Assembly (NCBI GenBank): GCA_009602735.1
Contig: WELA01003159.1
Location: 393,753 to 457,752, forward strand
Length of the DNA stretch: 64,000 nt
Direction of reading: 5' to 3'
Origin: Mesotaenium endlicherianum
Lineage: Eukaryota
The notes below the pieces were generated by a model. It was not told where the DNA came from, searched no databases, and saw only the letters and a program-made list of their open reading frames with translations. Below, in pieces: positions 25,261 to 34,330 of this stretch; positions within the stretch are counted from its first letter, which is position 1; each line of letters starts with the position of its first letter. Both the position numbers and the translations under genes were made by a program.

Positions 25261-28200
25261 TTAGGGAGGTGCACCAGCCGCCCGAAGGTGGAATCGTTTC
25301 AACGCCCCTTTGGCATTAGTCAAATGGTCTCTAAATTCCCAAGTGTCCCCAGAGGCATCGTAACCCTTCCATCGAATGAGGTACTTCATAACGTATTTAG
25401 ACGATCGACGGACCGAGCGCGCGTCTAAAATCTCCTCAACCTCATATTCCTCAGGGTCGCCGTCCCGGACAGCGGGGACCGGTCCCGATTGGACAGGTAA
25501 CCGACCTGTGAACAGTGTATACCCTTTGATATATGGTTCCAGGAAGGAGACATTAAGGACCGGGTGACCCTTGTATTCGGCTGACATGTTCAGTTTGTAA
25601 GCATTCTGACCGACACGACGCACCACCGAATATGGACCGACCCAAACAGGGCCAAGCTTTTTCTTGACCACACCAGGGAGGTACAGGTGCTGAGAATGCA
25701 GTTTGGCTAAATCGCCTTTAGAAAATGTCAGCTCCTGACGGTGTTGATTAGCATATTTTTGTTGGTTTTGTTGGGCTTTGTGCAGGTTTTGTTGGACTTT
25801 TGACAGGGTGTCGGCAAACTCCTGAGTTAACTGGAGGGAGATCGGATTGTCAATCCCTTCAGGGTGAGTTAAAGACTCGCCTAGCACATCTAGAGGGGAC
25901 TTAGGGACTCTACCCAGGCTGAGTTCAAAAGGAGTCTTGCCCGTTGACGCGTGCACCGCACTGTTGACCGCAAACTGAATTTGAGGCAACAGGTCATCCT
26001 AATTATCTTATTTTTGGTTAATATATGCTCTCAGCACCTTCTGCAGAACTCGGTTAGTTTTTTCAGTCTGCCCATTAGTCTGAGGGTGGTTAGCTGTGCT
26101 GAGCAGCTGTTTGACTCCCATTAACCCTAAACGCCAGAACTTAGAGGTAAATTTTGAGTCTCTGTCTGAGATGATATTAGAGGGAAGCCCGTGTTGGCAT
26201 ACTACATGGTTGTAGAACTGTCTCGCTGTTTCGAGTGCAGTCACTTTGACAATTGTGGGGATAAAAATGACCATTTTTGTCAGTTTATCCACGACTACCA
26301 GTATCAAATCATGCCCATTGGCAGTTCTTGGTAGTGTGACCACCCAGTCCAGGGATATAGTTTCCCAGCGTCCAGCTGGGATGGGGAGTGGTTGCAAGAG
26401 ACCTCCCGGAGGTGTGTGCCTAGACTTATTCTTTTGACACTGATCACAAGACTTTACATATTTCAAGACCTCCCGGGGCAACCCCTCCCAATGATAATGT
26501 TTTGCCAATTTGCCAACTGTATTGGTCTGCCCCAAATGCCCACCCAATAAACTGTCATGTGCTTGACTCAATAAAAGGGACCTTATTTCCAAGTTATTAG
26601 GAATGACCAGCTTCACCCTGCCTGAAGTGGTTTCAGTCACCCAGACCCCTCCCTTAACCTTATACCCGAGTGCAGTAGCACGACACACACCAGTAGTGGG
26701 GCTGGGCTCAAATGTTGGGTCAGAAAGGTAGGCTTTCCTAAGTTGTTCAAGGAAGGACTTTTTCACCTTTAGTGAAGTGAGTGCACACAGGACTTTGTCT
26801 ACAGCATGCTGACTAAAGTTTCTTTCTTGCAAGGCAGGTCTTCTAGAGAGTGCATCAGCAGGGTTCAACTTCCCTGGTTTGTAGTTGATCTGGACTTGGA
26901 ACTGCTCCATCATCTGGCTCCAGCGGTTCTCCCTCCTCGACAGCTTGGACTTCTTCTAAAGGTGAGTCAGAGCTAGATGATCTGTAATCACCTTAAAAGC
27001 TTTACCATGTAAGTATGCTCTCCACTGTTTGAGCACATGAATGATAGCAAGCAGCTCATTATCATGCACTGAGNATTATCATGCACGGAATAGTTAATTT
27101 CAACAGGGTTGAATTTCATAGACTCGTACAGCACAGGATGTCACTTCTGCCTTACCTTACCATCCTTTGTGGTTTTGTCAATAAGTTGCAACAAAATAGC
27201 ACCCATGGCAAAGTCAGAAGCATCAATAACCACCTGCACAGGTTTGCTGAGGTCATACATGGCTAGGACTGGGGCAGAACAAAGAGCATCTTTAAGGGTT
27301 TGGAAGGCAGCTTGCTGCTCTTCCCCCCACACATACCCTATGTCCTTCTTAGTAAGGTCAGTCAGTTTACTGGCCTTTGTAGAATAATTCTCAATAAATC
27401 TCCTACAGTAGTTAGCCAACCCGAGGAAGGATCTAACTTCAAAGACAAATTGTGGTACTGGCCAATCCCTTATGATCTGGACTTTCTTAGGATCCACACT
27501 AATGCCTTCTTTGCTGACAACGTGGCCTATGAGTTCAATACTTTCCTTGTAGAAATCACACTTGCTCATTTTAGCATACAACTGATTTCTTCTCAGAGTG
27601 TCCAAGACTGTCTTTAAGTGTTCAGCATGCTGAGCTTCATCTTTAGAGAAAATTAGAGTATCATCTAGGAAGACTTGCACAAACTTATCTAGGTAAGATC
27701 TGAAAATGTCATTCATAGCACCCATGAAGGTCGCAGGAGCATTAGTCAGTCCAAATGGCATCACATTAAATTCATAGTGTCCATAACGTGTGCGGAAGGC
27801 AAGCTTGTGTTCATCCCCCTCAGCAATTCTGATTTCATGATAACCACTTTTAAGATCTATCTTACTGAACACTTTAGCACCAGACAGGGTATCAAGCAAA
27901 TCCTCGATTCTGAATAAAGCATACTTGTTCTTTAATGTAATTCTGTTCAGGGCTCTATAGTCCACACACATCCGCATACTACAATCTTTTTTCTGACCAA
28001 AGAGGATGGGTGCGCCGTAAGATGATTTACTGGGGAAAATATAACCATTTTCCTCTAGCTCTGCAATATGTGTTTTCATAGACTCGTGCAACACAGGGTG
28101 CCACTCCTGCCGTACCTTACCATCCTTAGTGGTTTTGTCAGCACGCTGAACAAAATAGCACCCATGGCAAAGTCAGAGGCATCAGTAACCACCTGCACCG

Positions 28201-29947
28201 GTTTGCTGGGGTCATACACGGCTAGCACTGGGGCAGAACAAAGGGCATCTTTAAGGGTCTGGAAGGCAGCCTGCTGCTCTTCCCCCCACACATACCCGAT
28301 GTCTTTCTTAGTAAGGTCAGTCAGTTTACTGGCCTTTGTGGAATAATTCTCAATAAATCTCCTATAGTAGTTAGCCAATCCGAGGAAGGATCTAACTTCA
28401 GACACAGACTGTGGTACTGGCCAGTTCCTTATGGTCTGGACTTTCTTAGGATCCACACTGATGCCGTCTAAACTGACAACGTGGCCTAAGAATTCAATAC
28501 TTTTTTTAAAGAAATCACACTTGCTTATTTTAGCATATAAGTGATTTTTTCTCCAAGTGTCCAGGACTGTCTTTAAGTGTCCAGCGTGGTGAGCTTCATC
28601 TTTAGAGAAAATTAAAATATCATCCAAGAAAACTTGCACAAACTTATCCAAATAAGGCCTGAAAATGTCATTCATAGCACCCATAAAGGTAGCAGGAGCA
28701 TTAGTCAGTCCAAATGGCATCACGTTGAACTCATAGTGTCCATAACGTGTGCGGAAGGCAGTCTTGTGTTCATCCCCCTCAGCAATTCTGATTTGATGAT
28801 AACCACTCTTGAGATCTATCTTACTGAACACCTTAGCGCCAGACAGGGTATCAAGCAAGTCCTCGATTCTGGGTAAAGCATACTTATTCTTTACTGTAAT
28901 TCTGTTCAGGGTTCTGTAATCCACACACATCCGCATACTCCCATCCTTTTTCTTAACAAATAGGATGGGTGCGCCGTAAGGTGATTTACTGGGAGAAATA
29001 TAACCATTTTCCTCAAGCTCTGCAATATGTGTTTTCAACTCCTCGCTCTCCACATAAGACAAGCCATAAGTGCGCTGCCAGGGTGGCTGACTCCCAGGTA
29101 ATAAATCAATCCTATGATCTACTTCCCTCTTAGGGGGTACTCCTGGAGGCATATTACATACATCCGTGTACTGAGCAACAATTTATGCAGCAGTAGGGTG
29201 CTCCAGAGGGCTTACCTTTTTCTCCACCACTTTTTCAGGTTGAGGAGTTACCTCTCTTAGCAGCAGACGGTTCATTCTGTCTTCCTTCTGGTTCCAACTT
29301 TTGACGAACTCCATTGCATTCAGCAACTTGCATCCTTCTGGAAGCCTCTTCTTTTCCTTCATTTGCCATCCACACAGGACAAGAGGAAGAGCACTGGTGG
29401 GTGCCAAGTCAGTCTGCCCATCACTGGCTCCTCTCACTTTAACTGTACCTCTGCTCCAACACACTTCAGCTTGATGTCTATTAAGCCAGGACCTGCCTAG
29501 CACGAGATCATAAAAGCCAGTGTTGAGTACCTCAAATGTAAGCGTTTCAGTTAGAACTGCAATGCCAGAACCTAACTGGACCTCAATAGGCTTGGTTATA
29601 ACTCCTCCCGGGATACTTGAGGCATCTCCAAGGAATATTTTTCTATTCCCTTGGGTGACAGTAGGCAGCCTTAGCCGCTTAACTAAGTCCTTGTGGATAA
29701 AAGTATGTGACGCCCCTCCGTCAACAAATGCCCTCACCTTCCTACCTGCAATCATGCAATGCAGTAGGATAGGGGGGACTGTCTTTTCCTGACTTTCGCA
29801 TTGTTCTCCTGACGTAGCAAAGAAATGTTGGACATCAGGTGGAACAAGAGCATCCAGAGTGTGCACTCTCTGGACGTCTATATTGCTGATGGTCTCCTTT
29901 ATCTGGTTGTCAGGCATGCATAGTGAATCCAGTTCAGCAGGACCCAT
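25261..29947 (-). pseudogene. pol: Disrupted pol (PR-RT-RT-RNaseH-IN-chromodomain)
   Basis: [13 protein letters not shown] and FLDD occur twice; [13 protein letters not shown] integrase zinc finger, ISDRD core and chromodomain present; multiple stops and frameshifts. Confidence 0.95.
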
Positions 29948-29998
29948 AATACCTGCTACGAGGGCAGCTAGTGACGACTCACTATCTCTAGCATCCTC

Positions 29999-30040
29999 AC
30001 AGTCAGTAGACTGGATTACTGACTGTTGCTGTCTTTTAAA
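29999..30040 (-). promoter_or_regulatory. -1 programmed ribosomal frameshift signal (gag-pol)
   Basis: U UUA AAA in gag phase (30040-30034), 7-nt spacer, perfect 10-bp stem ACAGTCAGTA/TACTGACTGT with an 8-nt loop. The -1 frame reads FKRQQQSV...MGPAEL into pol. Confidence 0.8.
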
Positions 30041-31494
30041 GGCTGGTCTTTTCTCTCGACCTTAGGCAGGTGCTTGACCGGACACTGTTCTCTGTAGTGG
30101 CCTTTCTGCTGACAATGGTAGCAAGTAGATTTTGCTGAGGCTGGTCTCGGCTTAGTCCTACCACCACCCCTTCCATAGCCACCTCGAGAGGGACCACCTC
30201 TACCTCTAGACTGAATAGCATTGTACTCATACTCATATTCATCACCCTGATTATCCTCAGCCTGGTCTCCTTCAACTGCATTGTAGGAACCGTGGGGCTT
30301 TTTGACAATCTTAGACACCAAAGCGTTACTCTGGCGCTTGTGATTGAACTGCTGCTGATCCCAGGCGTCAGCATCCTGGATCAAGTCAGCCAGTTTCTCA
30401 TACTTTTTCTCAGCAAAATGACCAGAGACCTCGGATTTCAAGCCATACCTGAAGTATGCTATCCTATACCGTTCTGGCAAATCAGGCTGCTTCATCATGT
30501 TCTCTTGGAACTTTTGAGCAAACTCAGCAACTGAAGTGGTCTGCTTCAGTGTCAGGGAGATCATCGCATAGATAGCTTTCTCCTGCTGGTTGATGACATC
30601 AAACTTCTCATGCAACTTCTCGACAAACTCTACCCACGTAGGGTCACCGAGTTGCCGAGCCTTACGCTCTTCCTTCCAGTAAAGCCACCAGTCTGCGGCA
30701 CTGCCTTTCAGTAGCGCACCGGTGTGCCTGACCTTCTCGTAATCTTGCAGTTCTGGGTAGTTCTCCAGCCACTGCTCAACATCCGCGAGAAACTTGATCA
30801 GGTAATATTTTCTGTTTCCCTCAGGATCATAGTCCTGGGGAGGTTTCGGCTTGGGCTTACTAGGCCCTCGGCCACCACCACTAGTGGTGTGAGACCCCAG
30901 TTGGTCTCTGTCCCGGAGTAGGGACATTATGATTCTTTTGTCCTCCTGCTGGGACTGATACATGGTCGCCATTTGCGACTGCATCTGAACGAACAATGCT
31001 CCCAAGTCTACATTTTGGGGTGGTAGATTAGCAAATGCAGCAGCAGCATTGGCATCTACTCGCTGAGTAGTGTCCTCAACAATCCCTCTTGCTCCTGCAG
31101 CAGCAATTCCTGCCGCATTCAGCCGGTCACGTATTTGACCTAGGGGTACATTGAGTTGTACGGCAGGAGGTGGGTTCAGAACATTGGCCCTTGATGCCAT
31201 AAGTTCTTCAACAGTGCGCTCGTCAGCTGGCTGTCCTTCCCTCCTTTGTATATCTTCAGCGGCCTTTGCTACTTGTTCAGCTTCTAGTCTGGCTATCTCC
31301 TCCTCAGCTTGCTGAGCTGCGACTGAGGCAATAGCAGCTGCCTCATCTGCAGCCTCCCTAGCTGCAGTATCCGCTACTGCTTCCGAATAGGTACGGTTTC
31401 CCGCTACATGGCTTTCCGCCTGGTTTTCGACATTCTCGTTATCCTGGTTCTCCATGTCTCGGGAGTTGCTAGTTTGAGACCTTGTCCTTACCAT
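30016..31494 (-). CDS. gag: Gag polyprotein, 492 aa, intact
   Basis: Retrotransposon capsid-like region (LKGSAADWW...LKQTTSVAEFAQKF), RGG stretch and CCHC knuckle CYHCQQKGHYREQC. Confidence 0.95.
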   Translation of the reverse strand: MVRTRSQTSNSRDMENQDNENVENQAESHVAGNRTYSEAVADTAAREAADEAAAIASVAAQQAEEEIARLEAEQVAKAAEDIQRREGQPADERTVEELMASRANVLNPPPAVQLNVPLGQIRDRLNAAGIAAAGARGIVEDTTQRVDANAAAAFANLPPQNVDLGALFVQMQSQMATMYQSQQEDKRIIMSLLRDRDQLGSHTTSGGGRGPSKPKPKPPQDYDPEGNRKYYLIKFLADVEQWLENYPELQDYEKVRHTGALLKGSAADWWLYWKEERKARQLGDPTWVEFVEKLHEKFDVINQQEKAIYAMISLTLKQTTSVAEFAQKFQENMMKQPDLPERYRIAYFRYGLKSEVSGHFAEKKYEKLADLIQDADAWDQQQFNHKRQSNALVSKIVKKPHGSYNAVEGDQAEDNQGDEYEYEYNAIQSRGRGGPSRGGYGRGGGRTKPRPASAKSTCYHCQQKGHYREQCPVKHLPKVERKDQPLKDSNSQ

Positions 31495-31515
31495 ACAAAG
31501 AAGACTGTGATAACT

Positions 31516-31527
31516 GCTCCGATACCA
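31516..31527 (-). other. Primer-binding site for initiator tRNA-Met
   Basis: TGGTATCGGAGC, 1 nt after the LTR end. Confidence 0.9.
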
Positions 31528-31528
31528 C

Positions 31529-32273
31529 TGAAATGAATCGACTTACCAAATAGGCGATTAACAATTAATAAAGATCTTTATATCAGCAAGTAATCTTTAT
31601 GGTATTTCCGTTAACTAGTTAAACGGCAAAGGACAATACACTAGCAGGGAATAATACTCGTAAGTCAAATGCGAGTAAACTAGCATCAATGATGCAAATC
31701 AGTAAACTCATACATAAGCAAGGTTAGAAGACAGTGCGTATCAATGGCTTCTCGCCTTGGATTCAGATCTCTCTCAGTAAGCTGTACAAGAGAGTTGGCC
31801 TCGTTTCCGAATGCCGAACTCGAGAGCAATGCCTAGCATATGTACATGGAATGAGTTTACTGTTCAACGGTCAGTGCGATGGCACCGCCTACCCGGGAGT
31901 TAACCACGTTGGTAGGACCTCGGTTAACCAAATCCACCGCCATCTCCCATCATCCCGAATAGCCATCCATCATAGGGATGTCATCTGGCCATTCATCTAG
32001 CATATCGCACTTAGATGCATATCAAGGCAGTTCGCTGCTACCGAGTACGGAAGTCAGCTGGCTGTCAAAGAATGTGTCAGCAAGCTGACTTAAGTTGACT
32101 TCAGCCTGCTGCTTTTGGCCGAGTCATTAAACTGATAATTATGTAAAGTCCAGCAGACTGATTATTAACTAAAGTTCAGCAGACTGACTACTAACTAAAG
32201 TTCAGCAGGCTGAACTAAATTAACTATTATATTTAAATGAATATTATATCTACTAATATACTGATTCATTACA
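31529..32273 (-). repeat. Family-A LTR (745 bp) shared by elements 1 and 2
   Basis: TGTAATGAATC...GATTCATTTCA termini, PPT-like AAGTTGGAGGGAT on one side and PBS on the other. Homologous to 15710-16428, 39624-40328 and 60758-61475. Confidence 0.95.
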
Positions 32274-32386
32274 ATCCCTCCAACTTAACTTGTTGTCGCC
32301 TCGACAACATTAAACTGCAAAAGCTTTAAATAAAGAAACTGACCCTGACCAGCCTCCCTTACTGACTATCTTTTCAGCCTGTCACC

Positions 32387-34063
32387 TTAAGGGGTGGTTC
32401 CTGGGGCTTCAGGATCAGGGGACGGAGATCTGGACCTAGATCTGGACAGCCCTCTAGGTCTGTCAGCTGGCCTTCTAAAGAACCCGGTTTGCTCTAAAGT
32501 TGGACCTCGAGGAGAACGAAGGATGGTAGCCTGCTCTTCAACCACTTGGGTGTTGATGCCCACATAGACAGGCATTCCAGTAGGATGCTGAAATACATTG
32601 GCTAGAGGTACATGCCCCTGAGCGGAGGGGGAGGCTGGCATACCTCTGGCCCACCCGCGTGTCCCTCTTCTGGCACCCCTGTCCTCTGGGGATTTCTGTC
32701 TGTGTCTGCTGCCCAGTACAGTCAGATCAGCTTCTTCCCCTGCTTGGGCAGGTGGGCTGGGGGAGCGAGCGCGGGGTCCAGTTGTCGCCATAACGGGGAT
32801 CACATTCCACACACCTGATCGTGGTTCTTTAGGAAGTGCCACTGCCTGTCCCTGGGTATCCTGAGTACCTGCTGCTGATGCTTCTCCTCTGCCTTGTTCT
32901 TCTTCCTCATCCTCCTCATCCTCCTCCTCGGAGAGAGTAGGGGTCTCGTCCACTAAGTCGTCCTGCTCCCTAGTAGACATGGAGTAGTCTACCGACCTCC
33001 CTTTCTTAGGGCGCGCTGGAGGTTGCTTGGCCTTCAGCCTACTGATATCTATCCGGCCTGCATTCTTTGCCCATTTGACAAAGGCATGCTTTCCCTTAGA
33101 GAAGTAGTCTCTTCCCCTCCTCCTATGTTCCTTGGTCTCTGCATTCATATTGCTCAGGCATCCATTCAGCCTGGGGTCCCAAGGGGCAATGTGAGGTGGT
33201 AGGATGAGATAGCCGTCTAGGCCATAGTGGAAGTCATCCGGTTGGGCTCGGTCACACTCCTGCTTCTTATTTGTGACGGTCATCCACCTCCAGTCTGTTG
33301 GCTGCTGGTAGTACTGGGGTCCGTGCTCAGCCTTCCTCAGTTTACACGGGAACCAGTGGGGAGAGAACATCTGCTGTCCTGCTTCCCTGGCCAAGTACTC
33401 CCAGCTCCTTCTCTCAACTTCATTGTAAGCTGGCAGGAGTGTGAGGTAGAATACCGTATCCTTAAAGCTATCGGGCCGCATGCTCACCATCCGGATGAGT
33501 CTCTGATCTCCCACTATTCCCGGTATGGGGACCGGCTTGTCCTCTGAATCATCTGCGAGATACCGGGCCTGCTCTGCTGTATAGCCCACCATCTTAGCAT
33601 AATCTTCGTAAAGGACCACGCCGGTGTGTGTCTCGATGTACCTGTCCAGTGCTGTAGCTCCTTCCTTCTGTAGCAGTGTTGTCTGTTCCAGCCTGTTGAT
33701 CTCCTGGGCTGCCAGCAATGCTTCCTTCAGGTTATCGAAGTTTTGGCCACCCACCACAGTATACCTGTAAGTGGCCAAGCTCTTCTGTCTGTCCGCTTCA
33801 ATCTTTTTTCTTTTCTCCTCTTCTGCCGCTGCCGCTTCTTCTTGCTGTTTCTTCTGTCTCTCCTCCTCAGCCTTCCTGAGGTTTTCCGCTTCCTGATCCT
33901 TCTTCCTCTGTGCCTCTTCTGCCGCCTCTTGTTGTTTGCGGACCCTTTCTTGTTCTCTCCTGGTGAGGGACGTCGCCGCCAGCTCCTTCTGGTATTGCTC
34001 CATTGTCCTCCTGGCTTCTTCTGCCTTGCGCTTTCTGTCCTCCTTTTGTGTGGTGGGCGCCAT
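32387..34063 (-). CDS. Extra retrotransposon ORF3 of unknown function (558 aa from ATG 34063): coiled coil, aromatic-rich central domain, acidic/disordered tail with RS repeat
   Basis: Long intact ORF between pol and the 3' LTR; second intact copy at 61596-63272 with mainly synonymous differences. Confidence 0.85.
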   Translation of the reverse strand: MAPTTQKEDRKRKAEEARRTMEQYQKELAATSLTRREQERVRKQQEAAEEAQRKKDQEAENLRKAEEERQKKQQEEAAAAEEEKRKKIEADRQKSLATYRYTVVGGQNFDNLKEALLAAQEINRLEQTTLLQKEGATALDRYIETHTGVVLYEDYAKMVGYTAEQARYLADDSEDKPVPIPGIVGDQRLIRMVSMRPDSFKDTVFYLTLLPAYNEVERRSWEYLAREAGQQMFSPHWFPCKLRKAEHGPQYYQQPTDWRWMTVTNKKQECDRAQPDDFHYGLDGYLILPPHIAPWDPRLNGCLSNMNAETKEHRRRGRDYFSKGKHAFVKWAKNAGRIDISRLKAKQPPARPKKGRSVDYSMSTREQDDLVDETPTLSEEEDEEDEEEEQGRGEASAAGTQDTQGQAVALPKEPRSGVWNVIPVMATTGPRARSPSPPAQAGEEADLTVLGSRHRQKSPEDRGARRGTRGWARGMPASPSAQGHVPLANVFQHPTGMPVYVGINTQVVEEQATILRSPRGPTLEQTGFFRRPADRPRGLSRSRSRSPSPDPEAPGTTP

Positions 34064-34330
34064 CCTGCACATGTAACCAGGGCACAAGTTAGTAGGATAT
34101 GGACCTTTGTCATAGGGATTGCAGGAAGTATGTTAGTATTTAGTATAGTGGCTTCGCTGCTGTTTACCTTACAGGATGATTGCTAAAAGTTGACGTAGTT
34201 GCGATGCGCTACACATAAACGTATGAGTGTGTTTTTATCGCTCTCGCTCACTAACTGTCATATATTTTCCCCTCCAACTTAAATGGAGACAGGACCGCCT
34301 GTCACCTTCCCGTGTCAACTGAAATGACAG

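Larger units (their letters stand above)
25163..32273 (-). mobile_element. Ty3/Gypsy chromovirus family A, element 1 (LTR-PBS-gag-pol), 3' truncated
   Basis: LTR 31529-32273, PBS 31516-31527, intact gag, disrupted pol with duplicated RT. Homology to element 2 stops at about 25163; no extra ORF or 3' LTR. Confidence 0.95.

Noticed and set aside
29715..29735. Protease motif DGG instead of DSG/DTG, and RT FLDD instead of YxDD
   Set aside because: Both variants are known in plant Ty3/Gypsy elements.
31486..31494. Donor-like ATG|GTAAGG at the gag start spliced to the ORF3 acceptor
   Set aside because: The join would put the gag ATG out of frame with ORF3, and the motif is altered in element 2.
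32145..32216. 26-bp repeats in the LTR, and the short repeats at 56270-56480, as CRISPR-like arrays
   Set aside because: Adjacent tandem units without unique spacers; eukaryotic context and no cas genes.
32387..34087. ORF3 as a retroviral env gene
   Set aside because: No visible signal peptide, fusion peptide or transmembrane anchor; the composition is charged and soluble.
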